A stretch of DNA of 64,000 nt from positions 42,222,001-42,286,000 of the forward strand of contig OX597825.1 of NCBI GenBank assembly GCA_951406725.2. The letters are read 5' to 3'. Source of the stretch: Octopus vulgaris (taxonomy: Eukaryota). The notes under the pieces are model-generated. The model searched no databases, was not told the origin of the DNA, and worked only from the letters and a program-made list of their open reading frames with translations. A program made the translations under genes and the position numbers. Below are positions 63,590-64,000 of this stretch, one piece after another (position 1 is the stretch's first letter; every line of letters begins with the position of its first letter).

Positions 63590-64000
63590 ATAATGAGGCA
63601 AAGCAAAAGTTTTGGAATATTTGCATACGTGCTATTTTGTGTCATGTATATTACATGATTCAAGTGATTCAAGGTACCCACTAAAGCTGGTAATATCATA
63701 GTAGTTGGTGCATTGACACGTACATTTCTTCACTCCATATGTGAAGCTGCACATATAAACATGCAACATCGTCTAATTTGGAAACTTAAACTCTGTAAGT
63801 TCAAACTGGCCATAATGCCATGGAAGCAACCAAAAATATTTGTTGTGTGTAAGGTGAAAGCACAGTTGATCATAGTACAGTAACCAAATGGGTTGAGAAA
63901 TTGTGCATGGGTTGCAAGAACCTCGATAATCATGAAAGTTTAGGTAGGCCTAAAACTCTGGATTCATAAGGGCAAATCTGGCAAGTAACACTCAGAGAGT
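63590..64000 (+). mobile_element. Mariner-like element, N-terminal HTH relic, running off the window
   Basis: HNAMEATKNICCV*GESTVDHSTVTKW..KNLDNHESLGRPKTLDS (Mos1-type HTH and GRP motif). Confidence 0.8.

Overview
AT-rich, repeat-saturated animal genomic DNA. The SINE, RTE and microsatellite make-up suggests an octopus or other coleoid cephalopod; this is an inference. No host gene can be called with confidence, only one or two weak exon candidates. The window is a nest of mobile elements. These include a near full-length Neptune-type Penelope-like element (PLE, 33.06-37.10 kb) and other PLE fragments, including Naiad-type relics. There is a young 5'-truncated RTE LINE carrying a PHD-like finger, inserted in a Chapaev3-like transposase. 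Also present are two decayed HERO-clade elements, R4/Dong elements in (TAA)n, and CR1, Helitron, mariner and maT relics, along with piggyBac, Tigger and hAT-type MITEs and many tRNA-derived SINEs. The most notable signal is a set of hammerhead-ribozyme motifs of three sequence types. Three copies have a U3-A8 core swap, two have an extended stem II, and three have an 8-nt core variant. All sit in PLE-like ends embedded in (TA)n, and many lie in fold-back or inverted arrangements. The window also shows a possible ribosomal slippery site between PLE ORF1 and RT, a small inversion demonstrated by a split hAT target-site duplication, and a templated insertion copied from 6.8 kb away. Coordinates of degraded elements are approximate.
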